Shown piece after piece: positions 11,590 through 25,779 of a stretch of DNA of 64,000 nucleotides. The notes beneath the pieces are model-generated. The model was not told the DNA's origin and searched no databases. It saw only the letters and a program-made list of their open reading frames with translations. The stretch spans positions 39,866,001 through 39,930,000 of the forward strand of contig OZ024743.1 in NCBI GenBank assembly GCA_964016885.1, read 5' to 3'. The DNA comes from Eledone cirrhosa (taxonomy: Eukaryota). A program made the translations under genes and the position numbers. The stretch's first letter is position 1. The number at the start of each line of letters is the position of its first letter.

Positions 11590-13060
11590 GATAACAAGTT
11601 ATCGTTTTAGCTAATCCAGTTAGAAGTCGTGAGTACTCTGTATTGTGGATAGTTTTAACGTTCGGCGTTGTTTGACTCAACAAGTGATTCCCATAATTAG
11701 GTAGTGAGTTCGTGAGAATTCCCATGCAACTTCTTCTTGGAAAGATAATAGTGAATGATTAAAGAATGATATGGTCGGCTTTGCACAAAGGGTTTAATTC
11801 TAATATTACCAATTGTTTCATTGATCAGGTGAGACGCAACTTTGAGTGATTAGCGGAATCACTCGAAGTTGTGTCACTCGACCTTAAATACAGTGTTTTC
11901 CTCTGATCAAATTATCGAAATACTGGAGGGTTTAACATATGGCATTGGTATTTATAGACACAACGGAGAATGGAAACAATAACATCAATAATAAAAGATA
12001 ATAATAAAGAAATTAGAATGAAGATGTTAAAGATGTAAACAATTTAGAGGAGTAGTGTTGATATATGTGTGATTAATGCCTGGCAGGCTGATTGTTTTAT
12101 CTTAATGGGGGTGATGTGGCATTAGGAGAGACAGTGAAATACAGGTTGGCAGGTTTATGATGTTGATTTAGCGACCAGTTGGTCAGTTGACAACTAATAA
12201 CAGTGAGGTGGTATATAGTCAGTATATTAAAATCCGGGTGGTACTGCTTGAATTCTGAAATTGGTGGATCGAATCATGTTGGTTTGAAGTTAGCGAATTT
12301 GGTAGCTGCCTTTTGACTACAGAAAATCGATCGTTGTATTTTGTTGTTAAGCAGCATATTATCATACTTTAAAATATGGAACAGCTCCATATTGCAAAGT
12401 CCTCAGTGGGACATTCAATTATTGTAGGCCCTTGCTCCCGATAATTTTACCAGCTAATCCCATATTCCTAGTTTGTGTCCTTAAGCTGCCGGATTTTGTT
12501 GGCCAGCGTTGTTGAGTTCTCTAGTCTACGGTTTTTCATAGAATGTCTATGAACTTACCATCACTTTTCGAATTCCACAGCCGTAGAACCTATGTAGTGC
12601 CATGCTAAGTTGACCGAATTTATAGTACATAGGTACACTATACTTGATTCCAGGCATCTATTTTGTAGTGGGCACTTATCCGGCAGGTGGCAGTTAGAGT
12701 TGGAGGCCTTCCTGTGTGCAGGTACTCGGTTGCGGTTTTGTATGTTGCTATGGATGGGCTGAGATTTAGTCTTCTTGATGTTTTGTCGCGATGCGCCCTG
12801 ACGTGTGTGTGGTTGTGATGTTATGTGTTTGCGTTTTGCATTTGGTGCTATGGTGTATGTTGGTAGGTTATTTTCCTTAGATATTCTTCTATAGTTGATT
12901 GTTTGTATGTGTGATTATATGCTGGCTGCAGTAGAGTAAGGGAGTTTGATATTTATCTGGGGGTTCTACGGCTAGGGAATAAAAAAAAAGGATGGTATGT
13001 TCATAGACATTCTATGAAAAACCGTAGACTGGAGAACTCAACAACGCTGGCAAATAAGAT
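11590..13060 (-). mobile_element. Decayed Naiad-type PLE 3' portion (endonuclease + 3' UTR) with an inverted fragment at its 5' end (~12961-13060)
   Basis: Minus strand SNCHLPDKCPLQNRCLESSIVYLC...HYIGST with stops; homologous to 32981-34350. Confidence 0.82.
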
Positions 13061-13728
13061 CTGACATCCGGATGAGGCCATGCCGTGGCACCATTTATAT
13101 AACAAGAAGTGTCAGTCAACATGTTAACTTCGTTTAATCATTGTCGCTGTTATATATATTTCGGCGATAACCATTATACAACGGCTAGGACCTCAGCATA
13201 CAACTTGTATTTGAACAGAAAAAAACAGAAAAGCATAACGATGATATAATAAAGAATACATCTGTTTTTCGATTTTTTTTATTTGCACGGTGCTGAGCAC
13301 CCTGTTGTTTTATGAAAGCACCGGTCATATATGTTTTGAGAAAAGCAATACGAAACTTTATTGCTGCAAACGCCACTGCCGGGACGGTACGCTCCACCAA
13401 CACCGACACCAGAAGCACCACCAACAACAACAAGACCAGTCAAACCACCACCACCGAAAACAAGTCACAAACCAAACCAAGTGGAAAACGTGGAAAGCTT
13501 TCCCATCGCTCCTCCCACAAAATGTACACACAGTGACACAAAACACAAACACATATATAGACAAAGACACACTCACAGATACATACATCTCACCTCCTAG
13601 TAACGAAGACAATGAACAAACAAAGTAAGCAAAAATATATAAATAAATAACGACGAATATAAAACCAGCTTCAAGACATTTAAAGAGTTTCTCAAAGGAA
13701 ACAGCACAGACCATTATCATTATTGTTA

Positions 13729-14705
13729 TGCCGAAGTTAACATTGCCTTTCATCCTTACGGGGTCGATAAAATAAAGTACCAGTAATGTGCTGGGTAATT
13801 TCTGGACTTGTGCCTAAAGTAGAAACAGTTATTATTATGACGTGGATTAGCAGTATCGGTAGAGGGTCGGACGTCATACTTTGACGCATAGAGTTACGGC
13901 CCTTTCCATTATGAGTTCAAACCCGCCGAGGCTAACGTTGCCTTTCCTCCTTACGGGATCGATAAAATAAAGTACCAGTAATGTACTGTGTAATTTCTGG
14001 CCTTGTGCAAAACCAGAAACAATTATTATGGCGGTGAATTGACAGAATCGGTGATGCGTTAGACACGATCCTTTGCGACATAGAGTTACGACCTTTTGTG
14101 TTCTGATTTCAAATCCCACCAAGGTTAGATTTATCTTTCATCCTTACCGGGTCAATCAAATAAAGCACCAGTAATGCACTAGGGTCGATTTAATCGATTT
14201 TTCCTCTCCACCAAATTTGCTAGCCTTGTGCCATTAGTAGAAATCCTCATTATTATCATTAATTGGGCGGTGAATTGGCAGTAGCTGTAGAGGGTTGGAC
14301 GCCATGCTTTCTAGAATAGTTACGTCCCTTTACAGTCTGAGTTCAAATTACGTCGAGGTTAACTTTGCCTTTAATCCTTACGGGTTCGATAAAATAAAGT
14401 ACCAGTAATGTACTTGTTAATTGCTGGCCTTGTAACACAAGTAGAAACAATTATTATTATCATTATTATTATAATTATTTCCACAGGGTGGTGGATAGGC
14501 AGTATCGGTAGAGTTGGGCGTCATGCTTTGCAGTATAGAGTTACGGTCCTTTACGGTCTGAGTTCAAATCAGGCCGTCGTCAACTTTGCCTTTAATCCTT
14601 ACGGGGCCGGTCAAATAAAGCACCAGTAACGTACTGGGTTCGATTTGATCGACTTTCCCCTCCCCCTCAAAATCACTGACCTTCTGCCTATACCAGAAAT
14701 CATTA
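13729..14705 (+). mobile_element. Head-to-tail array of five tRNA-derived SINE copies (first one partial)
   Basis: Repeated box A-like TGGCAG(T/A)ATCGG, box B GAGTTCAAA and core TTTGCCTTTCATCCTTACGGGGTCGATAAAATAAAGTACCAG, with (ATT)n tails; resembles octopus SINEs. Confidence 0.85.
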
Positions 14706-15039
14706 TTTCCATTATTTTTATTGTGTGTCACTACTGCTTTACCGGACACAGATTTGTGTACCTTGGGTATGTGCAGTGTAGTTTTTCTGATGTTGTTTCT
14801 ATTCTATGGATAGTACTTCTCGTAATATCTACGCAGTGCCTACTAGTGCTATATTTTGTATGCTGTAATTATGTAATTAAATTGTACTTACTGGAGTTTT
14901 GGTTATATATCTATCTGCGTGTTTTTTATCATTCCCATAGTACATCTTATTACTGGTATTGTTTCTTTTTTAATTTTCCACCTTCGAGTTATTTTTATCT
15001 GTAGACCTTTATAATTGCAGAGTTTCCCTATTTCCTTAG

Positions 15040-15340
15040 AAGATATATACATTTATTAGAAGGCATTTCTGTTCTTTGTGGACTATAATATTTGGAGGGT
15101 TGGCTTTGATCTTTCTGTTTGTATGTATTGGCATATATAACAGAATTGTTACTTTGTCATTCTCTGACACTCTTTCTGGCGTGTGTTTTGTTTTTTCTGT
15201 TGGTATTCATAATCCCGGCATAACTTTCAGTGCATGAAGGTCCCAATGCTATCATGCCTGTGGATATATACCCTTTTGGCTAGAGCTCGGTATCCAATCC
15301 GTTTGATTGCTTCTTCCCTATCTCCACATATACTACATTT
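15040..15340 (-). pseudogene. R4/Dong-like non-LTR retrotransposon fragment (zinc knuckle + restriction-like endonuclease)
   Basis: Manual minus-strand translation: CSICGDREE...LAKRVYIHRHD...LCRDY...HTPERVSENDKVTIL...PIHTNRKIKANP, with frameshifts. Confidence 0.65.
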
Positions 15341-16147
15341 ACTTATTGTGCATTGTTTCATTATGAATCATTGCATAAAACATAGTTTTTCAAGCTAATG
15401 TAATATTATTTTTTAATATTCTGTATAAAATTAGATATTTATGATGAAGACTTACAAATAAGAGTAATTATAATAAACCAGCCGTAGTTAGCGGCACATA
15501 TATAAGATTTTTACATAAAATACAAACCAATTTAAGCAGTAAATACTCAAGAAGATTCGTATATTTCCATTATGAAATTAAATTGAATAAAATAAATTGT
15601 TGCCGTTAGAAAAGTTTAGTGTGCAATCTATAACTGCATATTTAAAGAATAAAAATATAATCATAATTTCTAAATAGCAGTACTTAAGATATTTCAACGA
15701 CCGTTTTTTTCCAATGGTTATATTTGCATGTATATAATTAGTTTGATTCAGATGTTAGCTCTTAATAAACATCATACATGAGAAACATCTCTCAATTAAG
15801 TTTCACAAAAAAGGCATAAACGTAAAAGTTAGCTTGATATTTTCTTCTCTAATTCATTCTCCTTATTGTACATGTAATCCAATTTGATAATTCTCGCTGG
15901 GCTAGTCAATTTAGTTGAAATATGCCCTAATGAATATTAAGGTTTACACATGTATTACAGACAAATTTCAGAAAACACTCGTATTTCTTGAAGAATTCTT
16001 TTATTAGCAAGCTGTATAACATGGAAATAATATCTTCTATTAATATCACGGCTAATCGATCAATATAGCGTGTATATATGTGCTGGTATGTGTGAATGTG
16101 TGGGTATATATCACTGTGTCTGTTTCGGTGTGTGTGTGTGTGTGTAT

Positions 16148-16186
<39 letters not shown>

Positions 16187-16354
16187 AGTACGATACGAAA
16201 CAAATTTAACAGGTTACATCATAAGGTATTCTACCGGAAGAATTACACGCAAATGCTCTCAGCGAAAAAAACAAGTATACAAATGATTTATGTCGGAGAC
16301 AAGGATCTCTGGATCTCTATTGGAAGAATATCTCTCACAGAAATATTACGTGTA

Positions 16355-16455
<101 letters not shown>

Positions 16456-17222
16456 ACACATATACATATTGCTATATGTGTCTGGAAAAAAAATCATTCT
16501 TGCTACTGCTGTAGGTGATACCAGCCACAGTAAATTACGTTTTACGCGGTATGAAATTTCAGTCATGAAAACAAAACAAATCCTTTTGGTTTGTGTTCAA
16601 AATTCCCATCAAATTACTACCGAGTCAGATATATTCACTATTTATAAGCAATAAATTACGCCGTCTCCATTGTCATATACATGCACGCCATTTATATATC
16701 TACAAGTATGACAACAAAAGAAAAGGCGTTCTATACATAAGTCGATCTAATATCATATGATTCGTACACACAAAACATCCCTTGCGTAACTTTAGTATTC
16801 TTATTCTGTTAATCAATAATATTATAAAGCTGAGTGCCGTGTGTATTATGTATGTATGTATGTATGATGTATGTATGTATCCTACACACCTCCCTATAAG
16901 TTGTTAGTTTTACTCTATCCGTCGCTCCTCCCTCTCTCTATACTATATCACTCACCCTCTCTATAATTTAATTGCTTTTCTCTCTCTGTCGCTCTTCACT
17001 CTCAAGTATTATAAAGTTGAGCGTCGTCTCTCTCTATCTCTCCCTCTTTCACCCTCTCTATAATTTAACTGCTTTCATCTCTGATTCTCTTCACTCTTTA
17101 TATGACAATACTCTTTTACTTTCCATTTTAATTGTATCTCTCTCTGTCTAACAGCCTATCTCTCTCTTTTCCCCCTCCCTCTGTTTTTCTGCCGTCACTC
17201 GCATAAGTAACACACACACACG

Positions 17223-17273
<51 letters not shown>

Positions 17274-17510
17274 ACGCACACACACACACACGTACACACA
17301 CACACGTACACACGCACACGCACACACACACATACACATACTTTCTGTCGTCGCTCGCATAAGCAACACACACACACACATACACATACTCACACACATA
17401 ATATAACATCAAAACAAAACAGAGACACACACATGCACATCCACATACACACATACACAAACACACACACACATCTATACTTTATATGTATGTATGTATG
17501 TATGTATGTA

Positions 17511-17961
17511 AGGGCAAAGGAGCTCTTAAGAGTCAATGGCCATCCAAAATCACCGGGAGAGATGACCCCTTAGCCTTTGTCAAGGCAGAATTCTAGGAGA
17601 AGGAAAACTCTGATATAACACCTGCAACCCTGATGGTATCCAATGATGTTGACTTGTTCTTCTTTGTGGTAAATATCATCTTGGTTAAGAGAGTGGGACT
17701 GGCTTTGTGCAGTGCCTTTGCTCACTATAAAAGCTTCACGGCGCAGGCATTGCTTTATATCTGGACATCTCTCAGCACTTGTCGTCACATGGTACCATGG
17801 GCCCAGCACTATGTGTCAATAATTGTCGCAAGTGTAGTGTTTGTACCAGAGTTTTCCAGTCGCTGGCTGGACTAAAAAGTCATACTCGTTCAGCGCATCG
17901 TAGGGTTCTCCTACATGGATATAAAGTAGTGGCCGTACTCGAAAACGAGTTGGCAGCCACC
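17511..17961 (+). mobile_element. 3' end of an RTE-like LINE within (TGTA)n
   Basis: C-terminal C2H2-like motif CSVCTRVFQSLAGLKSHTRSAH; (TGTA)n on both sides. Confidence 0.6.
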
Positions 17962-17972
17962 ATGTATGTATG

Positions 17973-18003
<31 letters not shown>

Positions 18004-18210
18004 GTCATTTCCTCTCTCTATAATTTAACTGCTTTACTCTCTCTTTCGCTCTTCACTCTCTATATGACAAACACTGTTTTAGTTTCCGCATCTCCCTTCA
18101 ATATATACACATAGAGAGAGAGTGAGAGAGGGAGCGATAAAGAGAGAAAGAGGGAGAGGAAACGAGAGAGATTGGCCGTTAGACAGAGAGATGCAATTAA
18201 AGTGTTAGTT

Positions 18211-18274
<64 letters not shown>

Positions 18275-18829
18275 TCGGAAGGACAATGTGACACGAGAGG
18301 GTGTGTGGTATCTTTGCAGTGGAGTGGTGGGGGACAGGTATACCTATCCGGCGCCAGCCGGACGGGACAGCTAGTCTCATATAAATGCAATCAATAATAT
18401 CTTTATATCTTCAAATATAAGATTTGACAAAAAGCAAGGCCTAAAATGTTGGAGGTACACGACTGTTGCAGGGGGAAGTGACTGTGGGATTAAAAGAACT
18501 TACTTAATGTCTCAAACTTGGAAACTGTAAATTTTTGGGGTTCTTCATTTACATAGAGGAAATATTAGAAATTATGGAGGTGGCAGCTGGCTAAATATAT
18601 TGTGTGTTCATGTTGAGAGAACGTGTATGTCAAATTGATTTCGTGTATGGAAGTGTACTCATAAATTGTGGCGTATTGAGGATGAATCCCCCTTCTCGAA
18701 GTTTACGCTGGATTTCCTGCCTGTTGAGATTACTCTCAAAATATGTTCAGCAATACTTTCATGAGTCATTATCATAAGTAAATATTGGCACGAATACTGA
18801 ATTGAAGATAGTGATTTTAGCTTTTCTAC

Positions 18830-19320
18830 CTAGTTTCCTACTGTTGCTTTCTTCATTTCATCACTCGTGAAGACGGCCCACAGATACGTGAACCTCTCCA
18901 GCTGCTTCTGTGGATCTTCACTCACATGTAGAGAGTACTGCGCAGGCCCCATTGAGCGGATGAGTGCCTCAGTTATCGAAGCACTGTCGTGGGGCACTAG
19001 CTGGCAACATATCAAATGCAATCGGAGATCATCTTCTGACGTGTAAATGAGCAACATATTGACCGCAATTTCAACCGACTGAACTAACACCTGCCAGTTT
19101 TGATACCACATCCACCCAGCTGTGCATGTCGAACTTGTCAAAGAAGATTATGAAAATGAGTGGTGACAGTAGGTATCCTTGGCGGAGAGCGACTCCTGCA
19201 CTGAATGTTTTGGTCTTGTTTCCATTCATCCGAACACAGATACTAGAGCATTCGTATAAAAAAGAAAATAAATCAATTACAGTTGAAATTATAAGTAATA
19301 ACTTTCAAAATGTCAGTGCT
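18830..19320 (-). pseudogene. Decayed LINE reverse transcriptase fragment (RTE-like)
   Basis: Minus strand LYECSSICVRMNGNKTKTFSAGV/LRQGYLLSPLIFIIFFDK, then ERFTYL. Confidence 0.7.
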
Positions 19321-20061
19321 CATCGATAGCAACTATATAGTATAATCCTTTGTTCTAAAAAAATAGTATGATTTAGGAAATAATTAAAATTTAGAAAGAA
19401 TAACAGCCGGAGAACATTAGATTTTTGTTTCAACAGTTTGATTCTTTTTTCTTCGTAAAACAAACAAGAAAAATATGATGCATTTGATGTATCTAGCGAA
19501 TGTGATGAAGTTTGAGATTAGGTTTAACGTCTTTTGATTCAATAAGAAGTTCCTTCTAAATGTCAACTATAGACAACCCAGCTTATCTGTATTAAAATAT
19601 AAATTATTGTTAATGATTTAGAATGATTAACGGTTTTACTTATAACTTCATAAATGTCAAGTAGTGTTTAATGTCTGTTTGATGGTGAGGCAAAATCTTG
19701 ATAATATTTAAGAAATACAGTGAAATGTTCCTGACAACTAAAATTGAATTTAACATGGCAACATACAATGGCTCTGAGTCTGTATATGAGTACGGATGAT
19801 AAATATATATGTGGATAGGAGAAATAGCCAAGCATGAAAATACATACCTAGAGAGAGATTGACAGAAACATGATGAACAAGAGTGGAAAATAAAATGACA
19901 TATACTGGACATGACTTGGAGGCTGACTAAAATATAAAAAGGAATAAAGTGGCACAGAAGAAAATAATGAGAAAAATTAATGTATATAGAAAATTGGAAG
20001 GTATACAAAGAATATATGTATATAGATATGCGGGAAGATATGGTGAAAAGAAAAAAAAATA

Positions 20062-20101
<40 letters not shown>

Positions 20102-20131
20102 TATATTTTTTATATATATATATATGTATAT

Positions 20132-20169
<38 letters not shown>

Positions 20170-20176
20170 ATGTATG

Positions 20177-20322
<146 letters not shown>

Positions 20323-20508
20323 TATGTATACGTACATACATATATGTATTCGGACGTACAGTAGTATGTATATATATATATATATATACATACATGCGCA
20401 CATATATATATGTACGAATTGGTTCACCGAACATTTATTATAATGTTCGGAATTAAGCCGTAGTGTGTAGCAACCACCGTTGCTCGTTTGTTCAACACTG
20501 ACAAAGGA

Positions 20509-20551
20509 ACGCTCTACTAGTTTCAAGCTTATTAGCTATCATCAGCAACGT
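20509..20551 (-). ncRNA. Minimal type I hammerhead (one stem I mismatch)
   Basis: Minus strand: acgttg CTGATGA t-agct-aata-agct-t GAAA ctag TA gagcgt. Confidence 0.75.
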
Positions 20552-20787
20552 GTACCTTCCTACCAGATGGTTGAACGTCTGAATGTATATACTTTCCTTA
20601 TGCATATTAACGGCTGAGCAGCCCGTACTAAGAGTGAGAAATGAAATTTCGTTTCATTTTTTCCGTTTATCGTTTTCGGTACCCCGGCCGATTAATTCAC
20701 TCGATATGCAAATTAGGCTGCTCAGCCGTTAATATGCATAGACAAAGTATATACTTTCAAACGTTCAACCATCTGGCAGGAAGGTAT

Positions 20788-20830
20788 ACGTTGCTGACGA
20801 TAGCTAATAAGCTTGAAACTAGTACAGCGT
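20788..20830 (+). ncRNA. Minimal type I hammerhead with palindromic stem III (ACTAGT)
   Basis: acgttg CTGACGA t-agct-aata-agct-t GAAA ctag TA cagcgt. Confidence 0.85.
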
Positions 20831-20972
20831 TCCTTTGTCGGTGTTGAACACATGAGCAGCGATGGTTGCTAGACAACGTACGGCTTAATTCGGGATGTTT
20901 GTTTACAAACACACCGAGCATTATAATAAATGTTCGGTGAATCCATACGTAGATATATATATGTGTGTGTGC

Positions 20973-21090
<118 letters not shown>

Positions 21091-21218
21091 TACTGTACGT
21101 TTCTATACATATAAGTATGTACGTATACATACTTATATTTATGTAACAGCCGTACTAAGAGTGTGAAATGAAATTTCGTTTCATTTTTTCCGTTTATATA
21201 TATATATATATATATATA

Positions 21219-21973
21219 TAGATAATTTAATATATCTACTAACATAAGCGCACAGATGTACGCTAATGCCAGCAAATACACAGGTTATGTCATAGTAGCT
21301 AGGTGGTTCAATGAAGGAGAATGCAGAACAATAATATATAAGACGTAAAATAAGAAAATTTCTTTAAAAAAATTAAAAAAAAAAATTAACTTACTTACTT
21401 AAATTTTCACTTCAACTAATTAGTTTCTGCAATGGGATAAAGACAGTTACTTAATGAACTGTTGAGAATTTCATTGCGTCATCAGGGAGGTCATTCTCAG
21501 CCGAGTCCCCAGGCGATGCGCGGACACTGGGGACTCATATAAAAATAATAATAATTCAGCAACTGGAACAGCTATCGAGGACTGGATTCCAGCCACTGAA
21601 AATTCTCACTGCCACTGATCATATGGCCGATTCTAAAGAATCAATCACGTGACACAGAGGCTAGTCAGTAGGAATGGGATGGTAAGATCACAGACGCCTA
21701 CTAACACCCCCCCAAAAAAATTTAGAAGTGGTTTTGGCAGGTTTGCTCGACAAATCAGTGATTTAGAGATAAATATAGATAATTTAATATACCTACTAAC
21801 ATAAGCGCACATATGTACGCTCATGCCAGCAAATACACAGGTTATGTCATAGTACCTAGGTGGTTCAATGCAGGATAATGCAGAACAATAATATATAAGA
21901 CTTAAAATAAGAAAATTTCTTTAAAAACATTTTTTTTTTTGAATTTTTTTAAAGAAATTTTCTTATTTTACGT

Positions 21974-21980
<7 letters not shown>
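21219..21980. repeat. ~150-bp direct repeat (~21219-21370 and ~21777-21928) ending in a short fold-back into (TA)n
   Basis: AGATAATTTAATATA(T/C)CTACTAACATAAGCGCAC occurs twice; terminal inversion AAAATAAGAAAATTTCTTT/AAAGAAATTTTCTTATTTT. Confidence 0.8.
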
Positions 21981-22034
<54 letters not shown>

Positions 22035-22806
22035 ATAATAATAAATTTGAAGACTAAAATCCAAAGATGGCTCGATAAGGATAAATATATATCAAATATA
22101 TAAGAACCGGAGAGCAAATATTTATTAAAATAACAGATTAAAGTTTAAACAAAGAATCGCTGCTTTCACCCATAACGGGATCTTCTGAATCTAACAAAGT
22201 CAATATGTGAACGCAGAAGTAAATATTTCAAAGAATGTTGCAACCAGAGGAAGACAGGAAAACGATACTTTGCTTCGTGGAAACGTTCCCTGGCAAAGAA
22301 CGGTAAAAACAAATATAATACGTCATTATTTGGAGCGGTGAAAAACAATTATACGCAAAGAGAAAACCACGTTTATGGTAAAAAAGAAATCGTAGACTAA
22401 TATTCTATTAGGTGGTTCATTGAGACGTTCTCAGGCAATAAACGGAAAAAACGAAGATAATACGTCATATGTGGATTGAGGAGAACAATTGCACGCAAAG
22501 ACAAAACCACGTAAATGGTATGACTGATGTCGTAGACTAACATTCTAACTAGAAAACCGAATGATTCTCGGCTTCAGAGTTAAGAATAAAGTAAATAAAA
22601 TACAGAGGTAATTGAAATTAAATAAATACATACACGCATCCATATACGTACATATACAAGCATACGCGAAAACACTCGCCAAGGTATACAAATGCACGCA
22701 TGTACACAAAAAATAACAAAAAAATCCACACGCACGTGCAGAACCCACGCAACGCCTGTACCCGGAGGCATACGAAGGTATACACCAAATACACATAAAA
22801 ATATAT

Positions 22807-22840
<34 letters not shown>

Positions 22841-23264
22841 CGCGTGTGTGTGTGTGTGTATGTGGGGGGGTGCGTGCGTGTATACATATAATTAAATAAA
22901 CGTATATAAATAAATACGTATATAACAAGCGGACACACATACCTACATGTAAATACACATATGTTCGGAGACTTACGTCAACCAAAACACGAAGTACACA
23001 TTCACACACACCCTACATACGTACGAACACGCATACTCACACAGACGCAAAACTCTCGTATACACATAACCAAAAGCATATGTACCAGAATATATAAAAT
23101 ATACGCCATAACATATGCAATCAAATATACGTACGAGAAAGTATACGTACCTTCACAAAACATACAGGTAATATATATTTACCTATACAAATAAGTAATG
23201 GTATAAACATAACATATACTTAGCTACCACATCAAAACGTAAAATATGCGCGTATAGTTCGTCT

Positions 23265-24310
23265 CATCCGTTAGGGTATAATGTGGGGCTGTAATACACG
23301 TAAGCTTTGTGCAATTTATGTTTACAAGACGAAATTGCCTCAGATTTTTTGTTTAAGATGTGGTCTTTGGTGTAGAGTATGTCTAGGGCCTCAGTGGCAC
23401 AGAGGTCACATGGTCTTTTATTTCCGTTATACGATCTAGCCCTAGCTAGGATCTCCCAGTGTAAATAATATTGGGTGTGGTTGTCTTTAGACTCCAGATA
23501 TAAGCTGAAAGTGAGGACATATTCCTTCTTAAAGCGTAACGAAAAGAATGGGTATGCATGTAAAGACGCTGCTTGAATCAATTGGTGGTTAACCCTATGT
23601 AGGCCCTACTGGACGTGGGTGTTTCAACCTTACATTTGTAGACAATGTTACTAGAGAGGCAATTTCCGGATAGAGGGCAGTCAACCCGATTCCTACAATT
23701 ACAGTTAGTACTAACTACAGGGTTGCACATGTTCCTACGGCTAGGAGATGAGCTAAATGTGAAGCTGTGATGTCATGTGCAAGGTTAGGAGTCGTAGAGT
23801 AAGACATTTTAATAGTATTACTATTGAACATTTTACTATATTTATGTGTAGGGGGGAAATGCTTCATAATCAGGGAGAGAAATATCTTAGCTAATGGTGT
23901 GGCCACCTCAATATCATATAGTGGGTTATACCATATAATGCGTCTTGATCTAAAGTGATGGAGGAGTAGTAATTATTGATGTCGATTTGGATAAAACGGC
24001 AATGTTCCTTGTTGCATATGCCGTTGAACGAATCAATCACCGCGAAAGAATTGTTCCACAGTGAAAGAGGGGCCAAACTTCTAATTTCAGGTATAATTCT
24101 ATCAAGAATCCTTTTATAAGTCTACCTAAATCGGACTTCGTAGGTTAATAAGCCGAATAGAGGGGTTGTACGGAAAATTGGATTTGTGATCCCCAAGGTA
24201 AAGTGGGGTGTAATAGGGTCAAGAGTTTCAGTCCGGTCCAGGATATAGAGATCAGAGGTATTTTAAACCCAGCATCGTTGATTTCATTAATGATGTTCCG
24301 ATTAGTTTTA
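23265..24310 (-). mobile_element. Decayed, internally deleted Naiad-type PLE
   Basis: CRFIQIDINNYYSSI; KHFPPTHKYSKMFNSNTIKMSYSTTPN; CNCRNRVDCPLSGNC; CDLCATE; LNKKSEAISSCKH. Confidence 0.85.
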
Positions 24311-24319
24311 CGGTAATCC

Positions 24320-25250
24320 AATTAGAAAGTGAGGTTTTTTTACAAAATGAGAAATAACCGGTGACCTACACGAGTGAAAGTATGAGGAAAAAAGATGAAA
24401 TCGAAAATGTAAATGGAGTCTTTTTTATATATATATATATTTATTTGGTTCCTTTACCATTTTCGCAGTTCTTCTGCTTTTCAAAAGTAGAATTGAGATG
24501 GAGGGTCTGTGTTTTTTTTCACATCTGGTTGGTCTTTTAATGTTACTTCTGTTTTATATAGAGAAAAGTGGCTCGAAATGCCAGGTTTTTAGAGAAGTAA
24601 TTTGGTTGGTTGGTGAATAAGTATAATATATTTCGCGCTAGTTCGCGTTACAAAGTTCTTCAAACAAAGGGGGTGGGGTTCATATATGAGTGAAGTTTGG
24701 TTGGTTGATGCAGTCACGTGAATAAGCACATCAGTTTTCGCGCCAGTTTGTGTTTGAATTTCTTTTTACTTAAAAAAAAGGATGGCTCACGAAGGCCTTT
24801 TTTTATAAATGTAATTCGATTGGTTATAAATGAAATTATGAGTGTCACGTGAACAAGTACATTAAATTTCGCGGCCGGATTTTGGAATTATTTTTATAGC
24901 TATTTAGAGAATTTTGTGCCAAACAAAACATAATGGTCAAGAAAAAGGGATGGAGAGAGTTGTTCTCATATATAACTGATGTGGTGATATACAATTTGAT
25001 TGGATAAGAATGAAATTATGACTGTCACATGAACAAGTACATTAAATTTTGGGCCAGTATTTGGAAATTTATTTTGTAGCCTGTTAGAGAATGTTGTGCC
25101 AAACAAAAGATAATTGTCAAGAAAAATGGGATGGGGAGAAATGTTCTGTTTCAGTGAATATGCCTGGTGCGCTGGGGTGTCAGAATTCAGACTTTCTATT
25201 GAAACAAAGGAAGTAGAGATATGTATGTTTATTTGTGTGCTTGTGTGTGT
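24320..25250. repeat. Dispersed non-coding repeat with internal subrepeats; second copy at ~60430-61130; reverse-related pieces at ~46905-47110 and ~49680-50025; probably the 3' UTR/pLTR of Neptune-type PLEs
   Basis: ATTAGAAAGTGAG...CAAAATGA..AATAACCG shared with 60429 onward; lies 3' of Neptune endonuclease ORFs in both contexts. Confidence 0.7.
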
Positions 25251-25779
25251 AGGAAGATGAATCTATTAGTAGAAATGGGGGAGGGAGGTGTGTGTGTGTG
25301 GGTGTTATGTGTGTGTGTGTATATGTATGTGGGAGTATGGTTAGCATTTTAAGTTGGAGAGAATATATATATATATTTTTTTGTGTGTGTGAGTGTAGGA
25401 AAAATATTCTATTAGTAGAAGTGGGGGAGGGAGTTGTGTGTGTGTGTGTGCATAGGTGTTACTTTTGTGTGTATGGGTGCTATGTGTGTGTGGGAGTATG
25501 GTTAGCATGTTAAGGTATAGAGAATATATATATATTTTGTTGTTTGTGTGTGTGTGTAGGAAAATGATTTCTTTAGTAGAAATGAGGGGGGGGAGTTATG
25601 TGTGTGTGAGTGTGTGGGGGATGTAGCATGTTAATGTGTTAGAGTATTAACGTATGTTAAGGTTTATTTAGATCTGGCTTTATTTTCTAAAGTAGAAGGT
25701 GTTATGTGGGTGTGTGTGTGTATGTGTCTGTTTGGATGGTTAGCATGTTATGGTGTTGACATAATGTATATTAAACTAT

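Noticed and set aside
13185-13753. Overlapping Thr/Gln/His-rich ORFs
   Set aside because: Low-complexity ACC/AAC sequence with no identifiable family.
21462-21500. Minus-strand CTGATGA cgcaat GAAA with a tgagaat/attctca helix
   Set aside because: No stem I, weak stem II and G at the cleavage position.
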